A stretch of DNA of 64,000 bases from the human T2T-CHM13v2.0 reference genome, Homo sapiens. The stretch lies in the NCBI RefSeq assembly GCF_009914755.1, contig NC_060932.1. One strand, written 5' to 3'. Under the pieces are notes generated by a model, which searched no databases, was not told the DNA's origin, and worked only from the letters and a program-made list of their open reading frames with translations. The position numbers and the translations under genes are program-made. Each line of letters opens with the position of its first letter. Position 1 is the stretch's first letter. Shown in pieces: positions 1-14,186 of the stretch.

Positions 1-220
1 TTTTTGGGGTGGTAAAATATATTACAAATTATTACTCATTCATTGTCTCAACAGGGATGCATCATGCCATTGCTATGATCCTGGTGCTCTTCTAAAGCAG
101 CTTTGAGAACACAAAGATGAACACTTACCCTTAGCGAGTGTACAGGCTGTAAGGAGAGAGAGAGACATTAATATGTATACCTAAAGCCGAGCCTATGTGC
201 AGTGAAGGGGGTGGAGAAAA

Positions 221-276
221 GAGGGAGGTAGGGAGGTGGGGGGAGGGGGGGGGAGAGAGAGAGAGAGAGAAAGAGA
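221..276 (+). repeat. G-rich run followed by (GA)n microsatellite
   Basis: gagggaggtagggaggtggggggaggggggggg followed by gagagaga... is directly visible. Confidence 0.85.
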
Positions 277-284
277 TACAGGGC

Positions 285-790
285 ACCATTAGAGCACTTA
301 GGAGGATAAAGCACCTAATCAGCCTGGAATAGTCAGAGGAAGCTTCGTGGAGTTGGTCTCAAACCAGGTCTTAAAGGACGGGTAGGAATTAATCAAGCAA
401 ATGGAGGTAAGGATGGGAGTGGGTGGGCATTCCGGGGAGAGGAGACAGTAGGAACAATGGCGGAGAGGAGAGGAGCAGCATATGACATGGTGAAGAATAG
501 GATGTGGAGCAGGGCATGAGGATAGCTGGTGATGGGGAAATAGGCCAGGGTGAGATTGCAGAGGGCTCCATGTGCCTTACTGGAAAGCCTGGGCTTTGTC
601 TGAAATGATGGGAGCCATGGAAGAGCTGTAAGCAGGAGACCACCAATGGGCAGATAGTGCTGTAGGGAGATTCTCTTGCCGAGTAGAGAGATGGATAGAA
701 GAAATACGTGACAGGGGGCAAGAGACCAGTTAGGAGGATGTGGCTGTTTCCAGGCAACAGTTGATGAGCAGCAGAACTGGGAGTGCCATG
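285..790 (-). mobile_element. L2 (LINE-2) degraded fragment
   Basis: Purine-rich tract with antisense-L2 motifs (gtcagaggaagcttc, tgggagccatggaagagct, agagaccagttaggagg); edges approximate. Confidence 0.65.
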
Positions 791-915
791 GAGAGCTGGG
801 ACAGACTCATGCCACACCTAAGAGGCAAACACTGCAGGACACCCTGAATGCCTCCTTGCAAGGGATGAGGAAAGGGAAGTGCCAAGCAGGGCCTTTCAAG
901 ATTCTGGTTTAGGTA

Positions 916-1224
916 CATCATTCTGAGCAAACTATTGCGAGGACAAAAAACCAAACACCGCATGTTCTCACTCATAGGTGGGAATTGAACAATGAGAACA
1001 CTTAGACACAGGAAGGGGAACATCACACCCCAGGGCCTGTCATGGGGTGGGGGAAGGGGGGAGGGATAGCATTAGGAGATATACCTAATGTAAATGACGA
1101 GTTGATGGGTGCAGCACATCAACATGGCACATATATACATATGTAACAAACCTGCACATTGTGCACATGTACCCTAGAACTTAAAGTGTAATAAAAAAAT
1201 AAAGCAAACAAAAAAGAAAAAAAT
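916..1224 (+). mobile_element. 5'-truncated L1PA (about PA4-PA7) 3' end with A-rich tail
   Basis: Canonical L1 3'UTR (catgttctcactcataggtgggaattgaac ... gtaccctagaacttaaagt); perfect 18-bp TSD aagattctggtttaggta at 898-915 and 1225-1242. Confidence 0.95.
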
Positions 1225-1714
1225 AAGATTCTGGTTTAGGTAAAAGAAGAAATAAATGGTTGAGTGGAAGCTTGAGGACTGCAGTCTCATTGTTCTGAGA
1301 GAGACTTCACTTTCACTGACTTTCGGGCAGAGAACAGAACAAATTCTGTGCTTCCTCTGCCCCTGGGGAGATTGCCTGTGTTGCTGGAAGGACTTCTTCC
1401 TAATTGCCCAGACCTGCCCAGAAGAAGAGGCAGGAACTGTATTTGGAACAACATTCAGAAGGGATCTGTTCTTGTTACCTTCACCTTTCTGACCCATCTT
1501 GAATAAGATGGTCTTTCTCTGCCAGTGGTTACAGCACTCCTGTACATGTTCCATTTTCAAATGCCTTAAAAATGTTATGAATATATATATCGTGCTAGTT
1601 CTCTCTATAAAGTAGTTATAATAAACTTTATTTCAACCAAACAAACAAATAATGAAATTACCTAAAATCAGTAAGTCAATGAATTCATGGTAAAAATTTA
1701 TCTTATTTTTTTTG

Positions 1715-2175
1715 CCATCTGGTTAGAACCCATTTTCTGCTAGCCCCCTCATTTTTAGGGGATACTTCACTGTGTGCAGCCTTGGTGGGAGGTCATGCTC
1801 ACTTCCAAAAACGGGACCTAAAAAGACCTGATCTTTTCACTCTCTGCTGTGGTCCAGCCAGGGTCAGGTATGTGACTTAAAGGTTTGGCGAATGACACAT
1901 TCTTCTGGGGGAGTGAAGGAAGGAGGTTGGGGGTTCTCTGTTGGGAGGGCATTCCTGCCAGCATCAGTGAGGGGTGTTGGCCACAAATGGTTCCTGTTGT
2001 GGGGGCTTTGCTGTGGTTCCTGCTGCCTGGTCCTCCAGAGCTTTCTCAATTCCTGCATTTTTCAAGTCTGTGTCTTCAGCCTCTTGCTGATACTATGTAC
2101 CCAAATAGTCTTTTAATAAAATCTTTGCCTGAGCCAGAGTTGGTTTCTGTTGCTTGCAAACTGGTCCTGACAGTG
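1715..2175 (+). mobile_element. Old ERVL-class solo LTR (LTR16/LTR40-like)
   Basis: 3' terminus aataaa...gagccagagttggtttctgttgcttgcaa...ctgaca is typical of this LTR group. Confidence 0.6.
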
Positions 2176-2669
2176 TAGACCTTCCATGCAGGAGAGGTAT
2201 CCAGAGACAGGGTCACACACACTCACCCTATCCTTCACCCATTACTCCCCAGAGCCCCTCCAATCTTACGTGCTTATGCGTGTACTGGGGCCAAGGGTTG
2301 AATTAGACTAGAAAGAATGATTTGTATTGGGACTTACCAAAAGAAATCAACTGCTGAGAAAACTGGACTGAAGCCCAGAGAAAGGATTTTGTGTTGCACA
2401 AAACTGGCAGATTTAGAAATATTGAGACAGAAAAGAATGTTGAAATATCCCTCTGTGACAGTCAAAGATGAGGCATTGAAAAGCTCAGAACTGTAGATTT
2501 CGCTTTTAAAACCATGGCAAGAGTATCATCACCACAGCAAGGGCGAGCCCAGAGAAAGTGCATTTGGTGAGATTTTATAAATGTACCCAAGGCACGTGTT
2601 TTGTTGCAAACGATTTTCTAAAATTCATGCTTCAGAGATGAAATTTAGTTTGAAGGCAGGAGGAAGGGA

Positions 2670-3187
<518 letters not shown>

Positions 3188-3559
3188 TACCTATCCTACT
3201 TTCTCCCTCTCAAAGATTTCATGAGGTCAACAGGGGAGAAAAGTACAGAGAGAGAGACTTTAGAATTTAGAAGAACATTCTTCTTCCGTGTAAATGAGAA
3301 TTGGGACTGAAGACACAGCTGACTTGTTTTTCGTAGCTGCCATTGTATAGTCTGAGGAGTTTTGATTGTCTTGGTAACTCATACAATATCACCTCTAAAT
3401 AACCAAGAAACTCACGTTACAGCAAAAGAAGTACAGGCCTGTGCTCTTATTGATGAAATGAACTGATCTTACTGTGTAACTCATCACTCAGAAGCTTTAT
3501 AGAACTGCAGAATGACCTTCTAAAGACCGGCTGAGAAATAACATTCTAAAAATTTAGGG

Positions 3560-4436
3560 GTACTGCCCTACAGAGGGAGGTCAATAGGGTGTTGTTCTTC
3601 CTACGTCCAGAATGCATGGTCTTGGAATCAAGGGTGGAAGGAATGGGTGTAGCCCCATCTCGCTTTGAGACTATTATGCGTAATAACTTAGATGTAGCCT
3701 TTTGGGTTTTCATCCCTGAAACCCTGAGTTGGTGCATTTGGAGGATCTGATTTCCACTTAGGAACACAGACATGCTTCTATTAAATCTGAAGCTAAAACT
3801 GTCCCCTAGGCATTTTAAGATCCTCATGCTACTGAACCAACAGACAGACAAGAAGGTTACTGTAGTGACTAGAGTGATTGATCTTAATCAAGGGAAATTA
3901 GGCCACTGCTATCTAACGATGGCAAGAAAAACCATGTCTAGGAGCCTAGAAGACTCACTGGGTCACTTCTTAGCACTCCTATATGCAATCATAATGGTTG
4001 ATGGCAAACTGTGACAACTCAGTAATACAGGATCACTAGGGCTTAGATCCTGGGAAATAAAGGGTTGAGTCATTCTATCAGGTAAAAACTCCACCCATCT
4101 GAGATGCTGAAGGTAAGGAGAGGTGGAATGGGTGTTGGAAGGAGGAAGCTATGGCTGTTGATTTCCGTTTCATGACCGGCTACTGAGGCATGGAATGTAA
4201 CTGTTATACTCAGCTTATCTAATGGATTATAATTTTCTTTTACCTCTCACCTTTCTGCTCTGTTGTGTGAAGGGCACATTACAATTTAGGTTCCAGGTGA
4301 GAGTATGAATGTATTGACATCTCTTACCATGATGTGACAGTATATAAGACTCTCTGTCTCGAAAATGTTGGAGATGAGAGTTTCTTCACCTGAGTGAGGG
4401 GCAAGATAGATGTGGAGTGGATACAAAAGGGGTGGA
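3560..4436 (+). mobile_element. ERVL-type internal fossil: end of integrase plus dUTPase-like region (disrupted) and polypurine tract
   Basis: ORF 3772-4014 (LLLNLKLKLSPRHFKILMLLNQQTDKKVTVVTRVID...DSLGHFLALLYAIIMVDGKL) resembles the HERV-L pol-end/dUTPase as recalled (IPLNWKLRLPPGHFGLLLPLSQQAKKGVTVLAGVID...DPLGRLLVLPCPVIKVNGKL); aaaaggggtgga precedes the LTR. Confidence 0.8.
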
Positions 4437-4439
4437 CCA

Positions 4440-4887
4440 TGCAGGTTATTCTCTGCATCTCACCCCTTCACTTCTCTCCAATCCGTTCTCTATTCTTCTT
4501 TAGGCCCAAGGAGGCTGAGCCCTCCAAACCACCTCACCTGGGTTCTCTTGCTGTCTGGTTTCCAGTTGATGTTGGTCGCTGAAGGTTCTTAGCAGAAGAT
4601 GAGAGGAGCTTAGGTTTCAGCACCTAAGGCTTAGTTCTTCTGTGACCTCAGTTCCTGCCAGGCAGCCCCTCTGCCCTGATTTCAGCTGTCACTGGATTCT
4701 GTGAAATCATTTTCCTCCCCTTGTCCCTTAAGACCCAGAGGTAGCAACAGCTTCCCGCAGATGCTAGTCTCGTAGTTTCCATTAACCCTATCATCTGCCC
4801 CTCTGTAACTGGTCCCTTTATTAAAAATCTCTTAAGTCAAAACATTTGAACAGAGTTTTGTAACCTGCTGGGCCCCCGGGTGATACA
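4440..4887 (+). mobile_element. LTR33-like ERVL 3' LTR
   Basis: Starts tgcaggttattctct directly after the PPT; contains ggaggctga and ggttctcttgctgtctggtttccagttg; attaaa signal; ends tgataca. Confidence 0.7.
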
Positions 4888-5436
4888 AATTAGGAGCAGA
4901 TTTCATTTTATTGAAGCAGTCTTCACTTTCCCAGAAGATATGTACAGTGTTTTTTGAAAACGCAAATCTCTGTGATATTTAAGTCAATTGGCTCTACAAA
5001 CATCTGATTTATATGCAGACTTTCAAGAAGTCATGCCAGAAGTCATATAAAATAAGGAGAGGAGGCTACTTTAAAAGTTGATTTTATCTAAGAAACTTAG
5101 GCAAATGTACTTTCCTCCTAGCAGACTTATCACAAAAATGTCTATGTCATAAATGAGAAAATTGACTTCTACAGACATGTGGTAGAACTTGGCTGTTACT
5201 TCACCTTTTTCTATTGGCTATCATCAAATGAAAATCCTTTGGGATTTGCAGTAACCAAACATTCATTTATTCCTTCTCCATGCCTTTATCTGGTAGTTAC
5301 TGAGTGCCATACCAAGGCCGTGCCATTGGTGAAACAAAGATAATTGAGCTGTGGCCTTTGCCCACCAGGAATAAGCTGGGCACAGTGTGAGAGGCTATGG
5401 GCAAGTTCATTCAAGTCTGCGCTTTAAAGTGTTTTC

Positions 5437-6053
<617 letters not shown>

Positions 6054-6479
6054 TAGAGTGTTTTCATGTGTAAAAATAATACTGACTTTCATTCATTCAA
6101 TAGTTACTCACTGAATTCTTGCTATGTGCCAATGCAGGCAGTGGAGGTAGAAGACTGAAGGAAAAAATCCCCAAAAAGAAAAGACAGCAAAACAAAACAA
6201 AAAAGCCTCCAAAACAGGAAGAAAAGAAAAAAGAAAAAGCAACAAAACAACATAAAACCTACCCCAAACAAATATAAATCCCACTTACCAGATTGTCTCT
6301 GCAGTCATGGCGTTTGTGGTCTAGGGATCTCCTTCACAGAATTGTGAGAATTAAATGAGATGAGAATTAAATGAAGCAGTAGGCACATAGTAGATGATTA
6401 ATAAATGCTAGAGATTATGATCCTCTATTGGGGAGATAGGCTCATTCCAATAAAATGTAATGCATGGTATACGTGTGCA

Positions 6480-7130
<651 letters not shown>

Positions 7131-7929
7131 AGCATCTCCCATGGTGTTCAACCCTAGAACACTGGAGGCATGTTGAAACCAGTGTGTGCCTATCCCTGTG
7201 GGAGGGGCACTCCACTTTCTTGTGCTTTAAACAGTTGAAAAGGCTGAAGCTGCATTAGAAGTCCCTAAGCAAGGGGAAACCAATGGGTCCAGAGTATTGT
7301 CTTGAAGTACAAAGTCTCCAAATATTGGTACAGGACCATCGTGTTTAAATAGCATCCCTTCCTGGCCGGATTCCTTCTAGAGAAAGCACATGGATTGTAT
7401 GTGACCAAATCAGTTTCCTTTTACAACATATCAAAAATATAAGATACAAGAATCAGCTTCTGGCATTGGTGGACATTAGGGATCAATGTCAAGTGCTGCT
7501 TTATTTTTCTTATCTATTTTCCAGGACCAAAGGCAAGGAAGAAGGGCCAAAAAGAGAAGAACAATATATAAAATCACATTTATTGAGCACATAGAGTATA
7601 CCACGTTCAGTGTTAGGTGCTACTGATTCACAGATGAATAAAATGAGATCTGTGGTCTGAAAGATCAGACCAGTCTAGTGTAGGAGATATGTCTACTGGT
7701 AGAGTGTCTGCTGTGGGTCACGCAACGTGCTGGATTCCATATATGTCATCCCATAATGACCTTGAGACATAAGTATAGTTATCTTCATTCTCAATTGTAA
7801 GACTAAGGTTCCCAGAAGGTGAATAATTTGCTTTAGATCACCTAGCTGGGATATCAAATTGGGGTCCTCGTAGGAAATAGATGGCACTCGCAAATGGCGG
7901 GGATTGAGAATAGTTTAGTGAAAAGACAG

Positions 7930-8332
7930 TTTACAGTGGAATAGGCAGGGCAAGGGAAATGAACAAAGAATGGGGGGCACCCTGGCGATAGCCGTGGGGA
8001 GGGACACCGCCATCCCTAGGCCTAAAGCGGGAGGCAGAGGGAGAAATTACAGGGCCCTGGAGAGAAGGGCTATGATATAGGGGAGGGCCTCCAGATAGGA
8101 GCTGTGGGCTTTGGTAGAAGGATGCAGCCAAAAGAGATCAATATTCTGAACTCACTCTCCTTCTGCCTATCGATCTCTTGCCAGTGTCTTCACTGGCAAA
8201 GCCCGACCAGAGGCTAGAGGTCAAAGGAGCCCATTGATGCAGCCCATATGGGTCAGCCTCCTGGGCCACAGACCGAGGCAGAGAAGGGCAAAGTGTTGGG
8301 TCTGGAAAGGAAAATGGAAAATACCCAGTGCA
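7930..8332 (-). mobile_element. LTR33-like solo LTR
   Basis: Reverse complement of LTR33 motifs: ggagcccattgatgcagcccat, ggtcagcctcctggg, gggtctggaaagg. Confidence 0.7.
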
Positions 8333-9058
8333 ACCAGTCAGGGATAAAGAGGAGATTCCTCGTTCAGGTCCCTTGCCTTGTCTGCTCTGCATGTTAAAGC
8401 AGCAGCTCTTCAACGTTTACACACAACACCTTTACAGTAGTCTGGAGGATAATGTGAAAAAGCACAGGTTAAACAGCCGTGGTATGGTGGAGTGGAGGTG
8501 TGTTGTTTTTGACCACTCTGACATCCACTTCCTCCTTTCTTTGGTGGCAGCACCCCCATTTTCCTTGGTGGACCACCCCTTCCAGATACTTCACACACAT
8601 GCCTCAGGTGGGCTGACCCCCTGCAGGAGACAGGGTGGGGATGGGGTCCAGGTGAAACAGTTCTCAGAGGGCTGGGTTGAAAGTTCGGAGAAGCCAACCC
8701 TGAATCTTACAGATGTCACAATCTTACTGATGTGGGAAGCACAGAGGCTTCACTCTTAGCAAAGTGCCCCAGAGGATTTCAGGCTGGAAGATGTTTTGGG
8801 GGAACTGCTTCTTTAGGTCACCCCTTTTTCTTGTAGGAGACACATTTGGGTTTATGGTGATGGAATTCTGCCTGTACAGATAGAGAAAGTCCTGTTGAAA
8901 TCACTGCAGTGTTATGTGCTTGCAAAAAGTGCTTTTGTAAGCTATGTCACCTGGATCTGACATCTAGGTTCTAGGAACAATTTGTCACTGGGTCATCAGT
9001 GCCGTCTTGCTATAGGGTTCCTGGGTTATATATCTTTTTATATGGTTATATATATATA

Positions 9059-9195
9059 CTGGTTCAGCATCCCTAATTTGAAAATCTGAAATCCAAAATC
9101 TAGTGAGCATTTCCTTTGAATGTCATGTCAGCACTCAAAAAACTATGGATTTTGGAGCATTTCAGATTTTGGATTTTTGGATTAGGAATATCAAA
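9059..9195. mobile_element. Tigger4a/MER46-type MITE (internally deleted)
   Basis: Inverted ends ggttcagcatccctaatttgaaaatctgaaatcc ... ttcagattttggatttttggattagg. Confidence 0.8.
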
Positions 9196-9224
9196 ATATC
9201 CCTAAATAAAGGGTGAGTAACCAT

Positions 9225-10030
9225 ATATGTGTATGGTTTCATACATCCTCCCTTTTTCTGCTAACCGCTCCCCCTTTCCTTTGGGGGAAAATTTTCCCTT
9301 TTCCATGTGGTTGGGTGGGGCTGCTCATCACAGTACTCTCTCCTCCCACAATACCAACAGGCGTTGGCAGGTAACAAAGCTGAGCCAGTTACAGTTCCTA
9401 CCACCGAACAGTGATTGGGCCATAGAAGGGCATGTGACCCAAGTCTTTACTGGAATCGATCTAGGGAGACCCCCAGAGAGGGAGGGTCTCTGTCTCTCAC
9501 TTTCTGGGTTGCTATCCTGGAGAGGCATCACACATGGGCATAAAATTATAGTGACGGAATGGTGACCAGTACGTTGGCTTGTGTGTCTTTTTCTGGAAGG
9601 TCTAGGAGGGTAAGCACAAGCCTGGTCAATTATCCTCCTGGATACAGTGGGGCGTTCAGGGCATGTGACCCAAATCAGGCCAATCAGAGCCAATTGCAGG
9701 ACTTCTGCCAGTGAGCCTGGGAAGGCCCCTTTCCACAGGCAATCCTGAGAGGGTGGGGTGTAACCCTGTAGCTGTTGGCTGCCATCTTGCCTCTGTGAGA
9801 GGAGAACCTGCCAGAGAATGGAGTTAACAGAGGACAGCATAACCGAAGATGTAGACTAGGGTGACCAACGCATCCCACTTTGCCTGAGACTGTCCTGACT
9901 TTAAAACTAAAAGTTCCCCATTGTAGGAACCCTTTCAGTTCTAGGCAGACCAGGACAGTTGGTAACCCAAATGAGAGAGTGAGAATGTGTCCTGATAACA
10001 CCGTTTGAGCCCACGGATTCAACCCCACCT
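9225..10030 (+). mobile_element. LTR16-like ERVL LTR fragments
   Basis: gtgattggg...gggcatgtgaccca and ggccaatcagag motifs; gccatcttgcc...gagaacctgcc. Confidence 0.6.
9857..9970. mobile_element. MER81-like hAT MITE
   Basis: Terminal inverted repeats tagggtgaccaac ... gttggtaaccca; length about 114 bp. Confidence 0.8.
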
Positions 10031-10894
10031 GTTTTATGTTTTCTGTTCTTTGTCTTATGTTTTCTGTTCTTTGCAGCCAAATGGGTCTTGACTAACTCAG
10101 AAATGGACAGTTCAAGGGACAGGAACATCTGTGTGGATTTGACTAAGTCAACTAAAGCCTTCCAGTCAGTTCTCCTTGATTTTCTGATCTTTAAGATGAG
10201 CAGGCGATTGACTTTAATGTTCTCTTCCGGCCCCAGAAAGTCTATGAATCTGTATCAGGCCAGTCTTGCAATCTTCCCCTCTCCCTTTTTGCAGTTAAAA
10301 AAAAAAAAAAAAAAAAAGAGAGAGAGAAAAAGCCCACTCTGCAGAGCATTCCAAGATCCAAGCAATGTGCTTGAGCTGATGTTATCATCCCTTACAGCAG
10401 TTTTACCTAGATGAAAGCAAGGACTATTAAAATATCTGATTATAACTTTTATGTGAGAAGAGGGCTGGAACACTAGGCATGAAATGGTATTTACTGTGCT
10501 TGTGATCCTAAACAGCTGGCGAGTCTTCAAGAATTAGGCAGTTACTCTACTGACAGGGTTGACTGTCAGGGTTGAGCTTCTGCAGGGGAACCTGAGGCAG
10601 GGTGTTTTCTAAGTCCCAGCTCTCCAGAGTAAAAAGGGACCTCATCTGGGAGTCAGGATTCCTGGGTTCCAAAATAATAACAATAACGTACTTAGTGGGT
10701 TCGTGTAGATGATGCATTTTGACATATATTACCTACTGTGAGGCATTCCTGCTACCTATAGCAATCTTGCTCAGGTACTTCACTATTCTACTTATTCTCT
10801 AAGTCTCAGCTTTGATGTCCTCAAGGAGAGTCTTGCTGGCACCCCTAGAACAGGCTTGGTTTCTGTAGTGATCATGGTGAATCAGGATAGATGT

Positions 10895-11240
10895 TGGTGG
10901 CCATGTACACCATCTCATCCTCCTTTTTTTTTTGTTAACCACACCTCCTTTCCTTTGGGGTAAAATTTTCCCTTTTCCATGTGGTTCTTGTGGGGCTGCT
11001 CATCACAGCACTCTCTCCTCCCACAATACCAACAGGGGTTGCCAGGTAACAAAGCTGAGCCAGTTACAGTTCCTACCCTTGGAACAGTGATTGGGCCATA
11101 GATGGGCATGTGACCCAAGTAGGGCCAATCAGAGTCTTCTGTGGAATCGATCTAGGGAGACCCCCAGAGAGGAAGGTTCTCTGTCTGATGGACTTGCTAA
11201 GCCAGAGGGCATGCATGGAAGGTTGCCAGAGGCTTTCTTC
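10895..11240 (+). mobile_element. LTR16-like fragment (near-duplicate of 9244-9495)
   Basis: Same motifs as the 9244 copy, with intact gtgacccaagtagggccaatcagagt. Confidence 0.65.
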
Positions 11241-11329
11241 GTAGTGCTGAGGACAACTATCAGTGTTAGGGGAGAAAGTAGGTGGGGCATAAAGGGAAAC
11301 AGTGATGAAGAACTGAATAAATGTGAAAG

Positions 11330-12047
11330 CCCTGTTTTGAGATATAATCCACATACCTTAAAATTTACCCTTTAAACCTGTAAAATTCAGTGGTTTTTAG
11401 TATATTCACAGGTTTGGGCAACCATCACCACTATCTAATTCCAGAAGGAAATTAGAAGCCGATTAAATAGACCTATGGACTTTCAATCAGAAGCTGATGA
11501 TGCAGAGAACTAGGGCCAATGGAAAGGGCATTCTTGTGAGGCCAGCAGCAGTAGCAATAATGTCTGATATCCAGGGACCATGATGGCAGCAGTGATACAC
11601 TCGGTAATGTCCTCTGTTCAGCGGGGATGCCAGCAGTGTCCTCACTAGGCTTTTCTCGGGTATGATTTTGGGCATGGTCTGCTCTACCATCTTGCTTTCC
11701 TTATTCCAACTCATGTTCCAAGCCTGGGTCTTCCTGGTGATTTTGTGAGCTCCCCAGTAGCCCAGATGAGCCTCTCATACTATTTCCAGAAGGAAATTCC
11801 AGAAGAAAACTCTATAACCTTTAGAAGTCTCTATTCCCTCTCTCTCTCTAGCCACTGGAAACCACTAATCCCTTTTCTGTTTCTATGGATTTGCCTATTC
11901 TGGACGCTTCATAGAAATGGAGTCAGGAAATATGTGGCCTTTTGTGCCTGTCTTCTTTCACTTAGCATGATGTTTTCAAGGTTCATCCATATTGTATCAT
12001 GTATCAGTACTTCATTTCTTTTTATGACTGAACGATATTCCATTGTA
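11330..12047 (-). mobile_element. L1MB-type 3'UTR fragment interrupted at about 11446-11798
   Basis: gagatataat...caaccatcaccactatctaattccagaa on the left; accactaatc...ggatttgcctattctggac...gtatcagtacttcatt on the right. Confidence 0.85.
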
Positions 12048-12149
12048 AAGACAGAGGAGTATGATTCTCATTTTACAGACAGGGAAGCTGAGTCAGGGAG
12101 ATTAAATAACTTATCCAAGTCATAAACCTAGTACATCCATTAGAATTCC

Positions 12150-12660
12150 TAATTATAAACAACAGAAGCCAACTCTGGTTGATTTCAGAAAAGGAATTTA
12201 TTGACAGGATACCGGGGAGCTCACATAATCACCAGGAAGACCCAGGCTTGGAACATGAGTTGGAACAAGGAAAGCAGGATGGCAGCCCAGACTATGCCCA
12301 AAATCGTACCTGAGAAGAGTCTAGTGAGGATGCTGCTGGCATCCCCGCTGAACAGAGGACACTACCGAGTGTACCACTGCTGCCATCATGGTCCCTGGAT
12401 ATCAGACATTGTTGCTACTGCTGCTGGCCTCACCAGAATGCCTCTTCCATTGGCCCTTCTTCGTTGCATCATCAGCTTCTGATTGAAAGTCCATCGGTCC
12501 ATTTAATTGTCTGTGACTTAGCTGCAAGGGAAGCCAGGAAAGTGAATATTTGGTCTTTTTGGCTTCTATATTAGAAGTGGGCTTGCCTTACTCTAGGACA
12601 CAGTGTGGGGGAGTTCTGTAGAGCAGGAAGGTTCTGTATTGGGCAGAAAAAAACAATCTT
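12150..12660 (-). mobile_element. Old ERVL-class LTR (donor of the inverted duplicate)
   Basis: aacagaagccaactctggttgatttcagaaaaggaatttatt is the reverse complement of an LTR polyA-signal/3' end; ttagctgcaagggaagccaggaaagtga lies toward the 5' end. Confidence 0.6.
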
Positions 12661-13734
12661 CACTCTAGTAATAGGTGGAAAGCCAAGTTTGAACACATTA
12701 TAATTGTTTGACAGTTCTGACAAAATGCCCAGTTCTCTGAACCTTTTGATTAATTGAAAGGCTTACCATATTATTTCCCATGTCACTATCCCACTATCCA
12801 AATGTCAGGTGTCAAAGCTATGACAGGTCATCATGTACTCAAGGGGCCTATTAATTTCTTATCTATCCCTCACCTTTTGTTTTAAAAGTAAATCCCGCCA
12901 GAACACAGTGCCCTTTTAAATATAAGCAGAATTAATCGCCTTAAAAAGCAAGAACCAAACCGAAACAAAAATACTCAGAACAAACACGAAGACTTCAGCC
13001 TCTGATTTTGCCATGAATGTGAGAGTGGGGAGTTTCCCTGCTGCCTTAGCCCTTGAGAGTTGTGGCCTGATGGCAAAAATTCTCCTACCCTCTGTCCTAA
13101 AGGAAAATATATTGAGAAAGATGTGGATTGTTTCTCGGCTAGTGCCCCCAGGACTTTTCATGAGTAAACTCCTGTATCTTCATCATCATCTCAAGAGAAG
13201 CCTGCCCAGACCATACATCTAGTGCTCGTGGAAACAGAGATGTTGCGCCAGATGAGAGGCCTCATCCTGGATTAAACAGGCTTTGATAAGATCAATGTAA
13301 AAATGCATCCACTCTCCTCTGCCCTTGGGCACATGGATGATTAAATCACATACTTATTTACAACCATGGAGGGGATGCCAACCTACCTGTATTTAAGCCA
13401 AGAAACCTCACATTTGTCAGACCATAAGGGAAGGACATTCCAGAGAACAAGGTTGTCTCTTTATTATCTTGGGTATTTATACTGGAGAGACCTCAGAAAC
13501 AATCTAGTTCCAAGCCTCTCACTTTACAGAGGAGGACACTGGGGCCTAGAGAGGAAAAGCTCAGGGTTCCTTAGCTCAGTAGTGACAGGACCAAGGCAAA
13601 AACTTTGGTTTCCCACAAATGGAGATGATAAAAATAATAAAATATTTCTCCACGAATCTCAAGCTTATGACGTTAAATAAGAAAATATGTGTGGAAGCAT
13701 TATTATATGGATATTAGGTAAAGTTAACAGAACT

Positions 13735-14186
<452 letters not shown>

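Noticed and set aside
10030-10073. 21-bp tandem repeat (also a 16-bp repeat at about 6344-6375 and an (ATTA)n tract at about 17145-17205)
   Set aside because: Ordinary slippage in low-complexity sequence
11487-12482. Two near-identical 75-93 aa ORFs on opposite strands as paralogous genes
   Set aside because: They are a by-product of the inverted duplication of LTR-derived DNA; no recognisable domain or gene structure
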